Shown here in pieces: positions 8,648 through 17,921 of a stretch of 40,179 nt of DNA. Within the stretch, counting starts at the first letter, position 1. Each line of letters opens with the position of its first letter. This stretch comes from Verrucomicrobia subdivision 6 bacterium BACL9 MAG-120507-bin52 (GTDB lineage Bacteria; Verrucomicrobiota; Verrucomicrobiia; Methylacidiphilales; Verrucolacustridaceae): NCBI GenBank assembly GCA_001438005.1, contig LIBO01000001.1:1-40179 (forward strand), written 5' to 3'. The notes below the pieces were generated by a model. The model saw nothing but the letters and a program-made list of their open reading frames with translations, did no database searches and had not been told where the DNA came from. Both the position numbers and the translations under genes were made by a program.

Positions 8648-9145
8648 ATGCCCCGCATTGTATCCGAGAGTAAAGAGATTCCCCAAATGACGATCGACCT
8701 CGTGGGGCCGCGTATGGCGGTGGGAAGGATCGATGGGAACGAGATTCAAATTGTGCACGGGAGCATTTCCTCGAGGCATGCGGAGTTGGTGTTGGATGGA
8801 GTGGAGTACCGAGTGCGAGATTTAGAGTCGACCAATGGGACTCGGGTGAATGATGAAAAAACGATGGAGGCGCTGTTGCAGGATCGTGATCGACTGCAGT
8901 TTGGGCAGATTCCATTTCGTTATGAGGGAGCCGTTGCCAAGGCGGCACTGGCTTTGCCTCAGTCGGGTGCGTCCTTTCAGATGGAGCAGGGGTTGGAGGA
9001 AGGGATACCGGAGAATTTTCGTAACTTGTCTCCCATCAAGGGGAAGGGACAATCGGGCAGCCCCACGTGGGTTTTGGCGGTCGGCGGTTTGGTCGCGGTA
9101 TTAGGTTTGGGCTTCTACGTTTTTCGCATGTTATCCACACCTTAA
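8648..9145 (+). CDS. FHA-domain protein with C-terminal membrane anchor
   Basis: FHA motifs VGR, ISSRHA, DLESTNGT and LQFG; C-terminal hydrophobic WVLAVGGLVAVLGLGFYVF. Confidence 0.88.
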   Translation: MPRIVSESKEIPQMTIDLVGPRMAVGRIDGNEIQIVHGSISSRHAELVLDGVEYRVRDLESTNGTRVNDEKTMEALLQDRDRLQFGQIPFRYEGAVAKAALALPQSGASFQMEQGLEEGIPENFRNLSPIKGKGQSGSPTWVLAVGGLVAVLGLGFYVFRMLSTP

Positions 9146-9205
9146 AAAAAAGTTCATTTTTTTTGTAAGAGAGTGTTGACAGAGGGGTTGGACAAAGGGC
9201 ATGCT
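9146..9205 (+). promoter_or_regulatory. Putative sigma70 promoter of the tRNA-Thr/tuf operon with UP-element-like A/T tracts
   Basis: TTGACA 9176-9181, 18 bp spacer, CATGCT 9200-9205; A8 and T8 tracts upstream. Confidence 0.6.
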
Positions 9206-9317
9206 TATCGTTTCCCCTTGGTGCGTTTTCCTATCAATGTCGTAAGACTTTGTAGCAGATTCCGTGCCGATGGGAAAACGCCGGGCGAATTCCGGAATTC
9301 TCAACGAATTCCATCTC

Positions 9318-9390
<73 letters not shown>

Positions 9391-9486
9391 CGGTCGCGGT
9401 GAAACCCCGAGTGGGGACACTGACGGCGGAGTTCCGATCCGGCGAACGAGGAGATCTGAAACCGCAAGGCAAGGAGAATAGAATTT

Positions 9487-10680
9487 ATGGCGAAAGAGGC
9501 ATTCAACCGTTCGAAACCCCACGTCAACATCGGCACCATTGGGCACGTTGATCACGGGAAAACCACTTTAACCGCAGCCATCACCACGATTCTCTCGAAG
9601 AGCGGTTTGGCCGAAGCGCGGGCTTACGCTCAAATCGATAATGCGCCGGAGGAAAAAGAGCGCGGAATTACGATCAACACCTCCCACGTGGAGTATGCGA
9701 CGGGGACGCGGCACTATGCGCACGTCGATTGTCCGGGACACGCGGACTACGTGAAAAACATGATCACGGGTGCCGCCCAGATGGACGGGGCGATTTTGGT
9801 GGTCAGCGCGGCCGACGGCCCGATGCCCCAGACCCGAGAACATATTTTGTTGGCTCGTCAGGTCGGCGTGCCGGCCTTGGTGGTCTTCCTGAACAAGGTG
9901 GACATGGTGGATGACAAAGATTTGCTCGAGCTCGTCGAGGTCGAGGTGCGCGAGTTGCTCTCCAAGTATGAGTTTCCTGGGGACAAGATTCCGATCATCA
10001 AGGGAAGCGCGTTGAAGGCGCTGGAGTCGGGTGACCCCAAAAGTGATGCGGCCAAGTGCATCATGGAGCTGATGGATGCGGTGGATAAATTTATCCCCAT
10101 CCCTGATCGTCCGAAGGATCAGCCCTTCCTCATGCCGGTGGAAGACGTGTTTAACATTGAAGGTCGTGGCACGGTGGTGACGGGTCGGGTGGAGCGTGGT
10201 GTCCTGAAAAAGATGGAGGAGGTCGAGATCGTTGGAATCAAGCCGACCGCCAAGACCGTCGTGACCGATGTGGAGATGTTCCGCAAGTTGCTCGATAGCG
10301 CCGAGGCGGGCGACAATGTGGGTCTCCTTTTGCGTGGCACCAAAAAAGAGGATGTGGAGCGGGGTCAGGTGATCGCCAAGCCCGGCACGATTAAGCCTCA
10401 CACCAAGTTTAAGGCCACGGTGTACGTTTTGAGCAAGGATGAGGGGGGCCGCCACACTCCTTTCTTCAACGGCTATCGCCCTCAGTTTTACTTCCGGACC
10501 ACGGACGTAACGGGTGTGGTCACCTTGAAGGCGGGCGTCGAGATGGTGATGCCTGGAGATAATGTTGACATCGAAGTTGAGCTGATCACCCCGATCGCGA
10601 TGGAGAAGCAGATTCGTTTCGCCATCCGTGAGGGTGGGAAGACGGTGGGCGCCGGTCGCGTCACCGAAATCGTGGCTTAA
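9487..10680 (+). CDS. tuf: Elongation factor Tu
   Basis: [33 protein letters not shown]. Confidence 0.99.
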   Translation: MAKEAFNRSKPHVNIGTIGHVDHGKTTLTAAITTILSKSGLAEARAYAQIDNAPEEKERGITINTSHVEYATGTRHYAHVDCPGHADYVKNMITGAAQMDGAILVVSAADGPMPQTREHILLARQVGVPALVVFLNKVDMVDDKDLLELVEVEVRELLSKYEFPGDKIPIIKGSALKALESGDPKSDAAKCIMELMDAVDKFIPIPDRPKDQPFLMPVEDVFNIEGRGTVVTGRVERGVLKKMEEVEIVGIKPTAKTVVTDVEMFRKLLDSAEAGDNVGLLLRGTKKEDVERGQVIAKPGTIKPHTKFKATVYVLSKDEGGRHTPFFNGYRPQFYFRTTDVTGVVTLKAGVEMVMPGDNVDIEVELITPIAMEKQIRFAIREGGKTVGAGRVTEIVA

Positions 10681-10749
10681 CCGTCGCGCAACAAACCGGA
10701 GGGAAGGACCCGCTCTTGCAGTGGGAACTCCCCAGCCGGACGGAAAAGG

Positions 10750-10822
10750 AGGGCAGTAGCTCAATTGGTAGAGTAGCGGTCTCCAAAACCGTCGGTTGGG
10801 GGTTCGAGTCCCTCCTGCCCTG
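10750..10822 (+). tRNA. tRNA-Trp(CCA), CCA end not encoded
   Basis: AGGGCAG/CTGCCCT acceptor stem, anticodon loop CTCCAAA, GGTTCGAGTCC T-arm; canonical position between tuf and secE. Confidence 0.97.
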
Positions 10823-10852
10823 CACCTAAAAAGGGAGAAAAGGATTAAAGAA

Positions 10853-11155
10853 ATGGAAGCTTTGAAAATCGGTGGAAGTTGGTTCGGAACGATCGTCCTT
10901 GGAGTAGTCTCCTTGGGCGTCGCGACGGCTTTTTTTCTGAACCGAACCAGAGTTTCCAAATTTGTGGGCGAAGTTCACGGGGAACTGCTGAAGTGCTCCT
11001 GGCCCTGGGATGCAAGTGAGACGGGCGTCAAAAAGTATCGGGAACTCATCGACAGCACCACGGTGGTGGCTTTAACCACGCTGGTGTTGGCGGCGTACAC
11101 CTCGGGCTTCGACTTCTTAATCAGCCGGGTCGTTGGCTGGCTGGTGAGGTTTTAA
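10853..11155 (+). CDS. secE: Preprotein translocase subunit SecE
   Basis: KFVGEVHGELLKCSWP...STTVV followed by a TM helix; position between tRNA-Trp and nusG; ATG 10853 chosen because the longer ORF overlaps the tRNA. Confidence 0.92.
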   Translation: MEALKIGGSWFGTIVLGVVSLGVATAFFLNRTRVSKFVGEVHGELLKCSWPWDASETGVKKYRELIDSTTVVALTTLVLAAYTSGFDFLISRVVGWLVRF

Positions 11156-11158
11156 GGG

Positions 11159-11731
11159 ATGAGTGAGGTCGCCACCATCCCCTCCGAGGCCCGCTGGTTT
11201 GCGGTCCATGTGCTCTCGGGTCAAGAAACGAATGTGAAACGGCATATGCTGAGCCGCATCAAAACGGAGGAGCTGGGCGAGGTGGTGCAAGAGGTGATTA
11301 TTCCGACCGAGCGGATTTCCGAAATCAAACGAGGGAAAAAAGTGGAAACGGAGCGGAAATTATATCCGGGTTACATTTTCGTGAAGATGGAGTTGTACGA
11401 CGCAGAGAAAAAGTTGCACGAAGTGCCATGGTACTTCGTCAAGGAGACTCCGGGAGTTTTGGGATTTGCGGACGGGGATCGCCCGACTCCGATGAAGCCG
11501 GATGAGGTGGAGGGAATGTTAAGTCAGATTCGTGACAAAGAGGAAAAGATCACTCCGAAGATCATTTTTGCGGTAGGAGATCGGGTGAAGGTTGGGGATG
11601 GCCCTTTCCAAAGCCAAGAAGGCGTGGTGGAGGAGGTGGATTCGGAGAGAGGTCGGGTGCGAGTGGCGGTTTCGATTTTTGGACGCTCGACTCCGGTGGA
11701 GCTAGAATATTGGCAGGTAGAGAGGAACTAG
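11159..11731 (+). CDS. nusG: Transcription termination/antitermination factor NusG
   Basis: WFAVHVLSGQE, YPGYIFVKM, TPGVLGF, KOW motif GDRVKVGDGPF, IFGRSTPVEL. Confidence 0.98.
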   Translation: MSEVATIPSEARWFAVHVLSGQETNVKRHMLSRIKTEELGEVVQEVIIPTERISEIKRGKKVETERKLYPGYIFVKMELYDAEKKLHEVPWYFVKETPGVLGFADGDRPTPMKPDEVEGMLSQIRDKEEKITPKIIFAVGDRVKVGDGPFQSQEGVVEEVDSERGRVRVAVSIFGRSTPVELEYWQVERN

Positions 11732-11734
11732 TTT

Positions 11735-12160
11735 ATGGCAAAAGAAATCACAGGCATTATTCGATTGCAGATCCCAGCCGGTGCGGCGAATCCGGCCCCG
11801 CCAGTTGGCCCGGCATTGGGTCAGCAAGGCGTGAACATCATGGCGTTTTGCAAGGAGTTCAATGCCCGCACCGCCAAGGAAGCCGGGAACATTTTTCCCG
11901 TCGTCATCACGGTTTACAAGGACAAGACCTTTACCTTTATCACAAAAAGTCCGCCGGCATCGGTGCTTCTCAAAAAGGCAGCGAATTTGGCGTCGGGTTC
12001 CAAAGAGCCGAATCGCCTCAAGGTGGGTAAAATCACCAAGAAGCAGGTGATGGACATCGTCAAGATCAAGCGAAACGACTTGAACGCGGCTTCGGACGAA
12101 GCCGCTTTCCGAACGATTGCGGGAACGGCCCGCCAGATGGGTTTGGAGATCGCGGACTAA
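11735..12160 (+). CDS. rplK: 50S ribosomal protein L11
   Basis: [27 protein letters not shown]. Confidence 0.99.
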   Translation: MAKEITGIIRLQIPAGAANPAPPVGPALGQQGVNIMAFCKEFNARTAKEAGNIFPVVITVYKDKTFTFITKSPPASVLLKKAANLASGSKEPNRLKVGKITKKQVMDIVKIKRNDLNAASDEAAFRTIAGTARQMGLEIAD

Positions 12161-12173
12161 GGAGATTTTGAAT

Positions 12174-12890
12174 ATGGCTAAGAAACCCAGTCGTCGATAC
12201 ACGGAGGCCAGCAAATTGCTGGAGCCGAAGAAGCGTTATAGCGTAACGGACGCAGTCGCCCTTTTAAAGAAAATGCCCGCGGGAAAAAGCAAAGGGAATC
12301 CGAGCGTTGATCTTTCCTTTCACCTAGGAGTCGATCCCAAACAGAGCGATCAAGTGGTGCGTGGAACGGTGAGTTTGCCACACGGTTCGGGCAAGAATGT
12401 TCGGGTGATTGTTTTTGCGCAAGGAGCTGCGGCCGAGGCGGCCAAAGCGGCCGGCGCGATCGAGGTAGGTTATGCGGATTTGATCAAGAAAGTGACGGAG
12501 GGTTGGTCGGATTTCGACGTAGCGGTGGCGACTCCCGATGCGATGATTGAGGTAAGAAAATTGGGCAAGGTTCTTGGACCGCGTGGGTTGATGCCGAATC
12601 CGAAGACCGGGACGGTGACCGAGGACACCGCCAAAGCGGTGAAGGAGTGTCAGGCGGGTCGCGTTGAATTCAAGATCGACAAGGGATCAAACCTGCATGT
12701 GAGTTGCGGCAAGTTAAGTTTTGAGGGGAAGGCTCTAGGTGAAAACGTAAATGCGGTAATCGATTCGGTTTCACGGGCACGTCCGGCGGGGGCGAAGGGT
12801 AAATACCTTCAGAACGCGGTTTTGTCGGCCACCTTTTCGCCGGGAATTCCTCTGGCGGTGGCGGATGCGGCGGCAGGATCGGAAGATTAA
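12174..12890 (+). CDS. rplA: 50S ribosomal protein L1
   Basis: LGVDPKQSDQVVRG, LPHGSGK, LGPRGLMPNPKTGTVT; AGGAG SD before ATG 12174. Confidence 0.98.
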   Translation: MAKKPSRRYTEASKLLEPKKRYSVTDAVALLKKMPAGKSKGNPSVDLSFHLGVDPKQSDQVVRGTVSLPHGSGKNVRVIVFAQGAAAEAAKAAGAIEVGYADLIKKVTEGWSDFDVAVATPDAMIEVRKLGKVLGPRGLMPNPKTGTVTEDTAKAVKECQAGRVEFKIDKGSNLHVSCGKLSFEGKALGENVNAVIDSVSRARPAGAKGKYLQNAVLSATFSPGIPLAVADAAAGSED

Positions 12891-12899
12891 AGGAGATTT

Positions 12900-13502
12900 A
12901 TGAAAGAAGAAAAAGCGTTAGTGATCGATACGATTCGGGAGTGGGTCAAATCTTCTCCCTATCTTATCGTTTTGGATTACACGGGAATGAAGGTGGCGGA
13001 GTTTTCCGAATTGCGGGGTCGTTTACGCAAAGTGGGAGCCGCCGTCAAAGTCGTCAAGAACACCCTGTTTAAGCGTGCGATTGGGGAAGAGGTGTTGGCT
13101 GGTTTGGGCAAGGATTTGACCGGTCAAACGGCAATCGTTTCGGGCGGAAAAGATGCCCCAGCAGCGGCTAAGGTAATCAAGAGCTTTAAGGCAGAATTTA
13201 CACGACCCACTCTGCGCTCTGGTTTGATGGACGGAAAGGTTTTGGGGGTCAGCGATATTGTCATGTTGGCGGATCTACCGTCAGCCGAGGTATTACGGGC
13301 TCGGTTGTTGGGAGCCATTTCCGCCCCTGCGTCGACGTTGGCACGTCTTTTGGCCGAGCCTGGCGCCCGTTTAGCGCGGGTGATGAAGAGCAAGCCGGAC
13401 ACCGCTCCGAAAGCAGCTCCGGTCGCAGTGGCGGAGCCTGCCGCCACCCCAGCGCCCGAAGCAGCGGCTGCGCCCGAGGCGGCTCCAGCGGCGGGAGCGT
13501 AA
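12900..13502 (+). CDS. rplJ: 50S ribosomal protein L10 with Ala/Pro/Glu-rich C-terminal tail
   Basis: DYTGMKVAEFSELR, VVKNTL, LADLPS; synteny. Confidence 0.96.
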   Translation: MKEEKALVIDTIREWVKSSPYLIVLDYTGMKVAEFSELRGRLRKVGAAVKVVKNTLFKRAIGEEVLAGLGKDLTGQTAIVSGGKDAPAAAKVIKSFKAEFTRPTLRSGLMDGKVLGVSDIVMLADLPSAEVLRARLLGAISAPASTLARLLAEPGARLARVMKSKPDTAPKAAPVAVAEPAATPAPEAAAAPEAAPAAGA

Positions 13503-13524
13503 TGATGTACATGAAAGGCAATAA

Positions 13525-13627
13525 CCTCGTGTTAGCCCGGGAGCCTTTCCGGGATAATTCGATCACGGGTGTGATCGGCTAACCAAGGAAAACATTAACA
13601 CCCCGATTCTTTTAAGAAGAGCAGGGG
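13525..13627 (+). ncRNA. Candidate structured cis-RNA in the rplJ-rplL spacer
   Basis: 3-way junction GTTAGC/GCTAAC, CCGGGA/TTCCGG, CGATCAC/GTGATCG, plus a hairpin next to the rplL SD. Confidence 0.55.
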
Positions 13628-13640
13628 AAGGAGAAACACA

Positions 13641-14024
13641 ATGGCAGTAAATCTAGAAGAAGTCGTGACGACACTGAGCGGTCTAACCGTTCTTGAGGCG
13701 TCGGAACTGGTCAAGAAATTGGAAGACAAGTGGGGCGTAAGCGCAGCTGCTCCCGTAGCCGTAGCGGCTGCTGGCGGTGGTGCTGCAGCGGCTGCACCCG
13801 CTGAGGAAAAGACAACTTTTGAGGTCGTCTTGAAGGACGCTGGTACGAACAAGATCGGCGTGATCAAGGAAGTCCGCACGGTGGTGCCTGGATTGGGCCT
13901 GGCTGACGCGAAAGCGTTGGTCGAGGGGGCTCCCAAAACTCTGAAGGAAGGCGCGACAAAGGAAGAGGCAGCTGAGATTAAGAAAAAGCTCGAAGCCGCC
14001 GGTGCAAAAGTAGAAATCAAATAA
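13641..14024 (+). CDS. rplL: 50S ribosomal protein L7/L12
   Basis: [42 protein letters not shown]. Confidence 0.99.
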   Translation: MAVNLEEVVTTLSGLTVLEASELVKKLEDKWGVSAAAPVAVAAAGGGAAAAAPAEEKTTFEVVLKDAGTNKIGVIKEVRTVVPGLGLADAKALVEGAPKTLKEGATKEEAAEIKKKLEAAGAKVEIK

Positions 14025-14061
14025 ACCAATCCCCGGGCAACCGGGATAAGGAGTACGCAGC

Positions 14062-17000
14062 ATGGCAAAATCGACTAAAGTCGAGCGGGTAAATTTCGGG
14101 CGGTTGCCCGAGACGGTGGAGATGCCGAACCTCATGGAGGTTCAGTTGGACTCCTACCGTGCCTTCCTCCAAGAAGGCACCAACCCGAAACAGCGGAAGA
14201 GTGATGTCGGCCTCCAAGCCGTCTTCCGTGAGGTCTTCCCGATCGAATCGTATGACGAGAAGATCAAACTCGATTTCAGTCATTACGAACTCGGAAAGGC
14301 CAAAAGTGGCCCGATCGAGTGTCTGCGTGAAGGAGTGACCTATGCGGCCCCTCTTTACGTCACCTTCGTTTTGCATAACGACGGGTCGACGATCGAAGAG
14401 CGGGTCTACATGGGGGAGCTCCCCTTGATGACAAAACAGGGGACCTTTGTGGTGAACGGCGCCGAGCGCGTGATTGTCAGCCAGCTCCATCGTTCTCCCG
14501 GAATCTGTTTTGAGTCGAGCGTGCATGCCAACGGAAAGTTGCTGCACAGCTACCGGATTATCCCGGATCGCGGCTCTTGGCTGGAAGTGTCTTACGACAC
14601 CTCCGATCTGCTTTACGTGCATTTGGATCGCCGGAAACGGCGTCGGAAATTCCTTCTGACCACCCTTTTGCGTGCCTTGGATTACAGCACGGATGAGGAA
14701 ATCATTTCTCTCTTTTATCGAATTGAGAGTTTGAAGTTGGCCGAGGATCTGGAAGAGAATGAGTTAAGCCAAAAGGTACTCATTCAAGAGGTCCGAGATA
14801 CGGCGAATGCCGATTTGGTGGTGGCGCGTGCGTTTGAGCCGCTGACCAAAGGGGTCGTTCGTCAGTTATTGGATTTGGGCATGAAGAGTGCTGAGGTCGT
14901 CGACATTCGGGTGGACGACACCATTCTGAAATGTCTGAAAAAAGATCCAACCAAGGACACCGAGGGTGCTTTAAAAGAGATCTATCGGCGGTTGCGGCCC
15001 GGCGATCCACCCACCGTGACGAACGCCAAAGCCCTGCTCAAGAGGCTCTTTTTTGATCCGAAACGCTACGACATTGGTCGGGTGGGTCGGCATAAGTTGA
15101 ACCAGAAATTGGGACTGCAGACCGATCTTCTGACCCGGATTTTGACTCGGGAAGATGTGGTGGCCGCCACCAGCTATCTGATCAATCTTCGTTTGGGTGA
15201 GGGAACGACCGATGACATCGATCATTTGGGCAGCCGCCGTGTTCGTACGGTGGGTGAGCTTCTCTCCAATCAGTGCCGAACGGGATTAAGCCGTACGGAA
15301 CGATTGGTGAAGGAGCGGATGACCTTGTTTGATGTGAATACGGAGGGAATGACCCCACAGAAGTTAATCAATCCGAAGGCGCTTTCGGCGATGATTCGGG
15401 ATTTCTTCGGACGGAGTCAGCTTTCCCAGTTGATGGATCAGACGAATCCATTGAGTGAGATGACCCACAAACGTCGTTTGTCCGCGCTTGGACCCGGGGG
15501 TTTGAGTCGGGAACGTGCGGGCTTCGAAGTCCGTGACGTGCATCCGTCCCATTACGGGCGGATCTGTCCGATTGAGACTCCAGAAGGTCCAAACATCGGA
15601 CTGATCTCGAGCCTTTCGACGTTTGGAAAAATCAATGAGTTCGGGTTTATCGAAACTCCCTACCGCAAGGTCGAGAATGGTCGAGTGAAGGAGGAGTACG
15701 ACTTCCTCACCGCAGATCAGGAGGAGAACTTTATTGTCGCCCAGGCGAACACTTCGGTGGATGGCCACGGCAAGTTTACCTCTCCCAAGGTCTCGGTGCG
15801 TTACCGAGGAGAATTCCTTGAGGTGGAACCGGACAAGGTTCACTACATGGACGTATCCCCCAAGCAACTGGTCTCGGTGGCGGCATCCTTGATTCCTTTC
15901 TTGGAACACGACGATGCGAACCGTGCCTTGATGGGTTCGAACATGCAGCGCCAAGGTGTGCCTTTGCTCATTTCGGAAGCTCCCGTGGTGGGAACCGGAA
16001 TGGAGGCCAAAGTGGCGCGCGATTCTCACGCGATGATTTTGAGCGAGGGGCCCGGCAAAGTTGCCTCGGTCACTGCTCGGCAGGTCATTGTGACGGAGGA
16101 TGGCGAAGCGCCGGAAAACCGTAAGCGGATGAAAACGGATCCGGAGAAGGGGGTCTACGTTTACGATCTGCTCAAGTTTATGCGTTCGAACAATGGAACG
16201 TGCGTGAACCAGCGTCCGGTGGTCAAGGTCGGGCAGCGTGTCACCAAAGGAATGGTGATCGCCGACGGGCCTTGCACGGATCAAGGGGAGTTAGCGCTTG
16301 GGCGGAATGTGGTGGTCGCGTTCATGCCTTGGCACGGATACAACTTCGAAGACGCCATCCTTTTGAGCCAGCGTCTGGTGAAAGAGGATGTGTACACCAG
16401 CATACACATTGAAGAGTTCGAAATTTCGGCACGGGACACCAAGCTAGGACCCGAGGAAATTACGCGGGACATTCCCAACGTCGGGGATGAGGCGTTAAAG
16501 AACCTTGGACCGGACGGGGTCGTGCGGATCGGAGCGGAAGTGAAGGCGGGGGATATTCTCGTCGGCAAGATCACTCCGAAAAGCGAAACGGAATTGGCGC
16601 CGGAGGAGCGGCTTCTGCGAGCCATCTTCGGTGAAAAGGCGGCGGACGTGAAAGATAGTTCGCTCGTCGTGTCCTCAGGTTCGTCCGGAATCGTGATGGA
16701 TGTGAAGACGACGGGTGGAGCACTGAAAAAAGACGTCATCAAACTTGCTCCGGGTGAAGCGAAGCGTCACGCCAAAGGGGTGGACGACAAGTACATCAAG
16801 AAGCATGCGGAGATGAAGGAGGAGCTAACACAGGCTCTGTCGAACATTCTCCTCAACGAAAAGATTCCGTTGGACGTGGTCAATGCGGAAACGGGAGAGA
16901 TCATTATCCCGGCGAATCGCAAAATCACGAAAACGTTGCTGCGCAAAATCGCGGATGTGTACAACCACATTGAAATCGATCCCAGCCCGATTCGAATCAA

Positions 17001-17892
17001 GATTCGGGAGATCATTTCGAGCTACGAGCAGAAGTTTAACCAGCTGGCCAATGAGAAAGATTCAGAGATGGAGCGTCTGGAATCGGGCGAAGACATCGAC
17101 CCTGGCATTATCAAACAGGTGAAGGTGTATGTCGCCGCCAAGAGGAAGATCTCAGTCGGGGATAAAATGGCGGGACGCCACGGGAATAAGGGCGTGGTGG
17201 CTCGTATCGTGCCGGAAGAGGACATGCCTTTTCTGCCCGACGGTACCCCGGTGGACATCATCCTGAATCCCCTTGGAGTGCCTTCCCGAATGAATGTCGG
17301 GCAAGTACTGGAGACCCATCTTGGGATCGCGGCGAAGGCGCTGGGATTCAATGTGGCGACCCCCGTGTTTGACGGAATTAATGAGACCAAAATTCGTGAG
17401 TTCCTGAAAAAAGCACATCTGGATGAGGACGGTAAATCGACTTTGATCGATGGCCGGACGGGCGAAGAGTTTGATCAGCGAGTGGTGGTGGGATTGATCT
17501 ATATGCTCAAACTTCACCATTTGGTGGCGGACAAGATTCACGCCCGGGCCGTCGGACCCTACTCCCTAGTGACCCAGCAACCGCTGGGGGGCAAGGCGCA
17601 GTATGGAGGACAACGGTATGGGGAGATGGAGGTGTGGGCCATGGAAGCCTATGGTGCCGCCTACACCCTCCAGGAGCTCCTGACCGTGAAGTCGGATGAC
17701 GTTGCTGGACGAACCCGAATTTACGAGAGCATTGTCAAAGGGGACAATTCACTCGAAGCCGGGACGCCAGAATCGTTTAATGTGTTGATCAAAGAAATGC
17801 AGAGCTTGTGCCTGGATATTAAGGTCGGCGAGCGGAGTCGCGTCGTTGACGAGGACTTGCAAAAGCCCGATATCCTCGTGGCCACAGTCTAA
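14062..17892 (+). CDS. rpoB: RNA polymerase beta subunit
   Basis: [63 protein letters not shown]. Confidence 0.99.
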   Translation: MAKSTKVERVNFGRLPETVEMPNLMEVQLDSYRAFLQEGTNPKQRKSDVGLQAVFREVFPIESYDEKIKLDFSHYELGKAKSGPIECLREGVTYAAPLYVTFVLHNDGSTIEERVYMGELPLMTKQGTFVVNGAERVIVSQLHRSPGICFESSVHANGKLLHSYRIIPDRGSWLEVSYDTSDLLYVHLDRRKRRRKFLLTTLLRALDYSTDEEIISLFYRIESLKLAEDLEENELSQKVLIQEVRDTANADLVVARAFEPLTKGVVRQLLDLGMKSAEVVDIRVDDTILKCLKKDPTKDTEGALKEIYRRLRPGDPPTVTNAKALLKRLFFDPKRYDIGRVGRHKLNQKLGLQTDLLTRILTREDVVAATSYLINLRLGEGTTDDIDHLGSRRVRTVGELLSNQCRTGLSRTERLVKERMTLFDVNTEGMTPQKLINPKALSAMIRDFFGRSQLSQLMDQTNPLSEMTHKRRLSALGPGGLSRERAGFEVRDVHPSHYGRICPIETPEGPNIGLISSLSTFGKINEFGFIETPYRKVENGRVKEEYDFLTADQEENFIVAQANTSVDGHGKFTSPKVSVRYRGEFLEVEPDKVHYMDVSPKQLVSVAASLIPFLEHDDANRALMGSNMQRQGVPLLISEAPVVGTGMEAKVARDSHAMILSEGPGKVASVTARQVIVTEDGEAPENRKRMKTDPEKGVYVYDLLKFMRSNNGTCVNQRPVVKVGQRVTKGMVIADGPCTDQGELALGRNVVVAFMPWHGYNFEDAILLSQRLVKEDVYTSIHIEEFEISARDTKLGPEEITRDIPNVGDEALKNLGPDGVVRIGAEVKAGDILVGKITPKSETELAPEERLLRAIFGEKAADVKDSSLVVSSGSSGIVMDVKTTGGALKKDVIKLAPGEAKRHAKGVDDKYIKKHAEMKEELTQALSNILLNEKIPLDVVNAETGEIIIPANRKITKTLLRKIADVYNHIEIDPSPIRIKIREIISSYEQKFNQLANEKDSEMERLESGEDIDPGIIKQVKVYVAAKRKISVGDKMAGRHGNKGVVARIVPEEDMPFLPDGTPVDIILNPLGVPSRMNVGQVLETHLGIAAKALGFNVATPVFDGINETKIREFLKKAHLDEDGKSTLIDGRTGEEFDQRVVVGLIYMLKLHHLVADKIHARAVGPYSLVTQQPLGGKAQYGGQRYGEMEVWAMEAYGAAYTLQELLTVKSDDVAGRTRIYESIVKGDNSLEAGTPESFNVLIKEMQSLCLDIKVGERSRVVDEDLQKPDILVATV

Positions 17893-17921
17893 CCCCACAC
17901 CCAAAGAGAAAAAACTAACCC

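Noticed and set aside
9568-10959. 463-aa antisense ORF over tuf, tRNA-Trp and secE
   Set aside because: Codon-aligned shadow of a highly expressed, GC-rich gene; it crosses a tRNA and shows no recognisable domain
13400-13500. Repetitive GCG/GCC/CCC-rich stretch at the rplJ 3' end as a DNA repeat
   Set aside because: It encodes a low-complexity Ala/Pro/Glu tail and has no exact tandem unit
14029-14048. GCAA-tetraloop hairpin between rplL and rpoB as a terminator
   Set aside because: No U-tract follows and it directly precedes the rpoB SD; too short to assign a function
15364-16284. 306-aa antisense ORF in rpoB, and similar shadow ORFs across rpoC, fusA, rplC and mutL
   Set aside because: Expected stop-codon scarcity on the antisense strand of GC-rich genes; no motifs or start signals
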